Origin: Blepharisma stoltei ATCC 30299
Taxonomy: Eukaryota; Protista; Ciliophora
Length of the DNA: 64,000 nt
Direction: 5' to 3'
Assembly (NCBI GenBank): GCA_965603825.1
Contig: CBFDEM010000054.1
Coordinates: 62,001-126,000 of the forward strand
Positions 59,590-64,000 of this stretch are shown here, one piece after another. The notes below the pieces were generated by a model. That model was not told where the DNA came from, ran no database searches, and saw only the letters and a program-made list of their open reading frames with translations. A program made the translations under genes and the position numbers. Every line of letters begins with the position of its first letter. The stretch's first letter is position 1.

Positions 59590-60918
59590 ATGGACGCTAT
59601 AAGATCCCAAAATTCTCACTGTGCTGATTGTGCTTTAGAAGAAGTTGATTCTGTCAATATGCAGTTTGGCGTATTTCTCTGTCAGTATTGTGCAGAAGTT
59701 CATATCCATTTCAATCTCCCAATAAGAAAACTTAGTGACAATTTCAATGATGAAGAAATTTCATTTCTTTCGAAGTCAGGAAACCAAAAAGCAAATCTTT
59801 CATTGCTTATAGGTCTCCCTCCTTGGGTTGTCACTCCAAAGAAATACAATTTTGAGTAACTTTTATTTAGCTCAATCAGGCATTGATGGGTTGAAGCCAA
59901 GTATATAAAAGCAATATGGGCAAGAGAAAGCCAGAAAAACGTCCCTAAGCATGATTTAAACAAGTTTTGGTTTTATATTGATGAAGTTACCAGAGAGCAG
60001 CCAAAAATAAAAGGCCCAGTTATGAGGCAAGATATCAAAAAACTTTTTGATGAAGGCACTTATTTATTTGGAAACAGCTATATCTGGCACCCTGTGTATG
60101 GACACAAATGGACTTTACTAGAAAAAGCTTTAGATATAATCACTCCGTCCTCAGCTGTAAGTGATGCTTCTATCCATGAAGCCTGTCAAAAGCGGCTTCA
60201 GCTTTTAAATTACCCTTACCCTCATGCCAAAGGTCACCTAGAAATGATACACAAGGCCAGATCAGTCAAAAAATGGGTCGTTTTACTAGAAAGAAAAATA
60301 ATGGTTTTCCAGTCCAATATAAGCCAATACCCTGAATTTGAGTTAAATATAGAAGACGTCGAAATTTCTCTGACTGAGTCAAATGGTTTAGCGTTATTTT
60401 TGCAGACCAGGACAAATGACCTGACTTTTCAGTCCCCTAAAATGGAAGAAGTCATAGAGTGGTACCACGCACTTCATTGTGCAAGCTATTTACTAATGGT
60501 TTTAAGTGACGATTTAATGATGCCAAACTATGACCTTGCAGAGCTTCATATATGTAATATCCAGAATTCTAATGAATATATGGGAGAAAAAATCCATGAA
60601 GCTGTTTTAAAGAAAGAAGGGTCCATTTGGAAGAGCGTAAGATCAAGATGATTTGTATTGAGGACACAAGGATTGTATTATTATATCAATAGAACTGATA
60701 AGGCACCAAGAGGCATGATCAAGCTGTATCCGGAGACGAAAATCGAAGTAGGAAATGACCCAAAGCCATCAAATCACTTCTTATTGATAGGAGAAAAAGT
60801 GCTTCATCTTTGGGCTGAAAATGTCCATCAAAAAGAAGAGTGGGTCGTAAAGCTGAACCAAGCCATTGCGAACTTGAAAAACCCAGATATACAGAGAAAT
60901 TATCTTACGTTAAATTAA
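59590..60918 (+). CDS. ArfGAP-like zinc finger + GYF_2-like + two PH domains, ~437 aa
   Basis: CADC-x16-CQYC, GNQKAN, VEAKY; WFYID...GP...IW...W; KKWVVL...EWYHAL; LKKEGSIWKSVRSR(W)FVL...EEWV; intron 59856-59870. Confidence 0.87.
59856..59870 (+). other. 15-nt intron (gtaacttttatttag)
   Basis: GT-AG, A at -6; removes an in-frame TAA inside the ArfGAP domain. Confidence 0.88.
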
Positions 60919-60969
60919 TCTAGTTTTTTTATGATTTTTAGTTAATTATGATTCCAATAATTTGAGAAA

Positions 60970-61242
60970 TTATTCGAACCCAAGAAGCTCTTTGACGTAT
61001 TTTTCAAGTTCTACCATGGAGACTTCGCCATTTCCATCAATATCAAGATCTCTGAATTTTTCATGTACAACTTCATTATTTGGAGGATCTAGCCCAGCTT
61101 CTGCATAAACATGCTCTAAAACAACTCTTAGCTCACTTTCATCAACAAAGCCTGAACCATCAGAGTCAACATTCTCGAACAGTCTTTTAGTGACGTCTGC
61201 AAGACTATTTCCAGTTACTAAGAGCTCGTAAATAGTTCCCAT
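60970..61242 (-). CDS. Small two-EF-hand Ca-binding protein, 90 aa
   Basis: Canonical loops DSDGSGFVDESE and DIDGNGEVSMVE. Confidence 0.9.
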   Translation of the reverse strand: MGTIYELLVTGNSLADVTKRLFENVDSDGSGFVDESELRVVLEHVYAEAGLDPPNNEVVHEKFRDLDIDGNGEVSMVELEKYVKELLGFE

Positions 61243-61277
61243 TTTAATTATTTATTACATATTGCACTAATTCGTTT

Positions 61278-61619
61278 CTATGGAGATTTTTTTCCAATAG
61301 AAAATTTAGGTCCAATCGGAATCGTAAGCGGCCTCGAACTTTGTAAAATCAAGCATTTTTGGTCTTTTGTTGGACTGTTTTTGTCATTTTTGTAGAGATT
61401 AAACTTCATTTGGATATCTTTTATGACTTCGTTATATTTAATTAATTTTTCATTGATAATTCTGCTTTCCCTACCTGCTATGCTTCCATTAATCCTAATT
61501 ATCGCGCAATTTTTTTCCATCACTTTTTCACTGTCATTATTTTTTCTTCTTTTTTCACAAAATAGCAAGCATTCTTGCAATGTAAGCTTCCTTTTAAAAC
61601 TGCAATTTTCTGAATTCAT
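61278..61619 (-). CDS. Hypothetical basic protein, ~113 aa
   Basis: ATG at 61619 within track ORF 61278..61673; fills the gap between neighbouring genes; no recognised domain. Confidence 0.5.
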   Translation of the reverse strand: MNSENCSFKRKLTLQECLLFCEKRRKNNDSEKVMEKNCAIIRINGSIAGRESRIINEKLIKYNEVIKDIQMKFNLYKNDKNSPTKDQKCLILQSSRPLTIPIGPKFSIGKKSP

Positions 61620-61666
61620 GACTTTAATTATTTTAACGAATTCCAATAAATACAGGAATTTATTAA

Positions 61667-62974
61667 ATGGCACTTTTTGAAAGAATTGGCTCAGTTACAG
61701 AAGCTTATGACTTAGAGATTACAGTTCATTTTGCAAAAATAGAGCTGCCCTGCCAAACAAAATTAGCTGTAATTGTGAAGCGTGGACCTGATAAGCGCCA
61801 GAATTCTAATAAAGTTTTATGAGACCAAAACTTAGCCTTAGCTAACTTTGATACTGAGTTTAAATTTCAAGTGACGATGTTTAAGAAAGGCACTTTGTAT
61901 TTGTCAAAGCATTTTAGGTTCAACCTGATGATGATTTCTGATAATAAAGTAAGGAAAAATGGTAGAGGAAAAATAGATCTTGCATCATTACTAAATTCAA
62001 AGGAACCATTTGAAAGAAGTGACGTGAAATTGAAAAAATGTACCGATAAAAATGCATTCTTATGTGTAAGTGCAAAAATGACACAAATTCATGGAGAATT
62101 AGTGTCAGCAGTTATTGATGATGACGAAAGATATGCAATTGAAACAAGTGTGATTAGTCCTAGGCCTGCTAATGGCCCAACAATAAGTGAATCTGAAAAA
62201 ACGTCACCTGAGCATGCTTATGGGAAAAGCCAAAAAGACAAAGAAAAATCAAAAGAAAAATTCATGCAAAGACTAAAAAGGCTAAATACTATCACTAGTA
62301 AAAGACAAGCTATGAACCCTGAAACTCCAACACAATCTGCACTTTTACCACAAGATTTTACAGACTCACCAATTGAAAAACAATATCAAAAGCCATCAGC
62401 TTTTGAAGAAAATAAATCAATTGTATCACCTGCTGAAAATCAGTATCAAAAACCATCAGATTTTGAAGAAAATAAATCAATTGTATCACCAACTGGAAAT
62501 CAGTATCAAAAACCATCAGATTTTGAAGCAAATAAATCACCTGTAAATGCTGTGGAAAGAAGAATTGAACCCGCCCCTGCTGATGATTGGCGAAGAGAAA
62601 GCATGGACTTGGCTTTTGAGATTGCAAATGCTGTACTTAAATTTAATGAAGAAACTTCAGAAAATCAAAACAAAGAAACTGAGCAGCCTGAAAATTCGAG
62701 AGATATTGAAAATGAAAGTCATAAAATTGTTAATCTTGAGCCAATTATTGATGTAAAACCTAAAGAAAGAACAGACAGCGAAAGTAGCGCTGAGGAGTCC
62801 CCATTTCACGCTCCTGATAAAAAACTAGTAGCCAGTTTTACATTTCCTGCTACAGATTACAGAAAAGTGCAGGCTAATTCTACAAGCAAGTCAAATGAAA
62901 TTGCTAAAAAAGAAGCAAAATCTGGTCTGACAGAAAATAAAAGATCAGCATGCAGTGGCTGTATTTTATTTTAA
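61667..62974 (+). CDS. NT-C2 (EEIG1/EHBP1-type) domain protein with C-terminal CaaX (CILF), 435 aa
   Basis: ATG 61667 in frame via TGA 61820; VIVKRG, FKFQVTMFKK, GKIDLASL, LKKCTDKNAFLCVS; ends SACSGCILF. Confidence 0.82.
62366..62539 (+). repeat. Coding tandem repeat, 60 bp x ~3 (SPxENQYQKPSDFEENKSIV)
   Basis: Near-identical units start at 62366, 62426 and 62486. Confidence 0.95.
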
Positions 62975-63085
62975 GAAAAATTAATATAAATAGAAATTTG
63001 CAATAGTAAATTTTATAGGACTTTTTTAAATTTTTATATTTAAAGCGTTTGCATATGGCTTTTCTTTTTCAGCTGAGGCCTTAAA

Positions 63086-64000
63086 ATGGATATTAACACA
63101 CTAAAAATGTCTGAGATCTATAGCAGAGTGGCACAGCTTCTCTCACTAACGTATTCAGGCATGCCTGACCAAATAAAGCCAGCTGAAGATGAGCTTAAAA
63201 TCATAAGCCAAGATACACAAGGATTCCTGCAATGCTTATTAGCCATAATCCAAGCTCCAGAATCTCATCAATTACTTAGATCTGCTTCAGCTACAAGATT
63301 TCGCCATTTAATAAGGGAATCTATTACAGCTGGAAAATTATCAGTCGAGACTCGTTCTTGGCTGGTCGAAGCTATTTTTCAAACGCTCATATCTCCCTAC
63401 ACAGATCGTAGCTCACGAGGAGTCTTAAACTTTGCCTTAAACCCTATCCTTGGTGAAGACGGACTCGGAGTATTCACAAATAGACTTGCATCTTTAGCAA
63501 TTACCGGACTAAGTGGTGAAGGAACCCAAATCCAAGGCAGCTTGTTGGTAATAAAATCAATTTTCAGCAGCATGACTCCACAATTCCAATCTGCAGACTA
63601 TTCAAAGATACTGATACCTCACCTTGTAGAAGTCGGCAAAAAAGGGCTTTACATGATTTCTTCAGGCCTGCAGAGTACCAATGAGCCACTTATTACTGAA
63701 GGAATAAATATTTTAGAAGACTGGACGTCAAGCTTAAGACAAATCCTGGAACATTTTGAAGTTACGTCTACAAAAAACATAAAAGACCTGTCAGAACAAA
63801 GTGAAATTGCTTTATTGTTTTCAAATATCATTAATTTCGCAATCCCTGACTACCAGGTACAAAATTCCATTATAAATATCACAGAAACCCCTATCACCAA
63901 GCCTATGAACAATATAAAAGTGAATATTTTAAAAAGCCTCAACATAATTATCCAATATTTAATTGATTTCAAGAAAAAAAATATAGAAGAACAAGGGAAT
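63086..64000 (+). CDS. Importin-beta/HEAT-like protein, 5' part (truncated by window end)
   Basis: Open from ATG 63086 to the end; IKPAEDELK...FLQCLLAII...LRSASATRF resembles an importin-beta N-terminal domain. Confidence 0.65.
   Translation, partial: MDINTLKMSEIYSRVAQLLSLTYSGMPDQIKPAEDELKIISQDTQGFLQCLLAIIQAPESHQLLRSASATRFRHLIRESITAGKLSVETRSWLVEAIFQTLISPYTDRSSRGVLNFALNPILGEDGLGVFTNRLASLAITGLSGEGTQIQGSLLVIKSIFSSMTPQFQSADYSKILIPHLVEVGKKGLYMISSGLQSTNEPLITEGINILEDWTSSLRQILEHFEVTSTKNIKDLSEQSEIALLFSNIINFAIPDYQVQNSIINITETPITKPMNNIKVNILKSLNIIIQYLIDFKKKNIEEQGN

Noticed and set aside
62366-62539. CRISPR-like array
   Set aside because: The repeats are contiguous and in frame with no unique spacers, in a eukaryotic context.

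Overview
Gene-dense, AT-rich eukaryotic DNA. It is very likely the macronuclear genome of a heterotrich ciliate of the Blepharisma type. Two features explain why the supplied ORF track is fragmented. First, TGA is read as Trp: it sits at conserved Trp positions (kinase DM-W-SLGC, ODC, PH, FHA) and interchanges with TGG between two MFS paralogues, while TAA and TAG act as stops. Second, there are tiny 15-16 nt GTAA...A(-6)...YAG introns; I found ten. Re-reading with these rules gives 33 protein genes. The largest encodes a ~4,130-aa single-pass surface protein (Ig-like/Calx-beta-like head, ~2,400 aa of Cys-rich repeats, TM, ~820-aa coiled-coil tail). Other genes include VPS13, a TauE-type transporter, FHA, TPR and ankyrin proteins, a DUSP-like protein, an NCoR-like SANT protein, a LAMMER kinase, a PAS/TM protein, two MFS and two MDR paralogues, PTC7, a polyprenyl-PP synthase subunit, proteasome alpha-1, a J-protein, ODC, an ArfGAP-GYF2-PH-PH protein, an NT-C2-CaaX protein and an importin-like gene. 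Main leads: the giant receptor-like protein, strongly non-random TGA/TGG usage, four apparent pseudoenzymes, an ODC with a presequence-like N-terminus and a non-AUG uORF candidate, and an unexplained multi-helix intergenic element at ~44.1 kb. I saw no rRNA, tRNA, transposon, CRISPR or telomere repeat. All domain calls come from reading motifs by eye, not from database searches.
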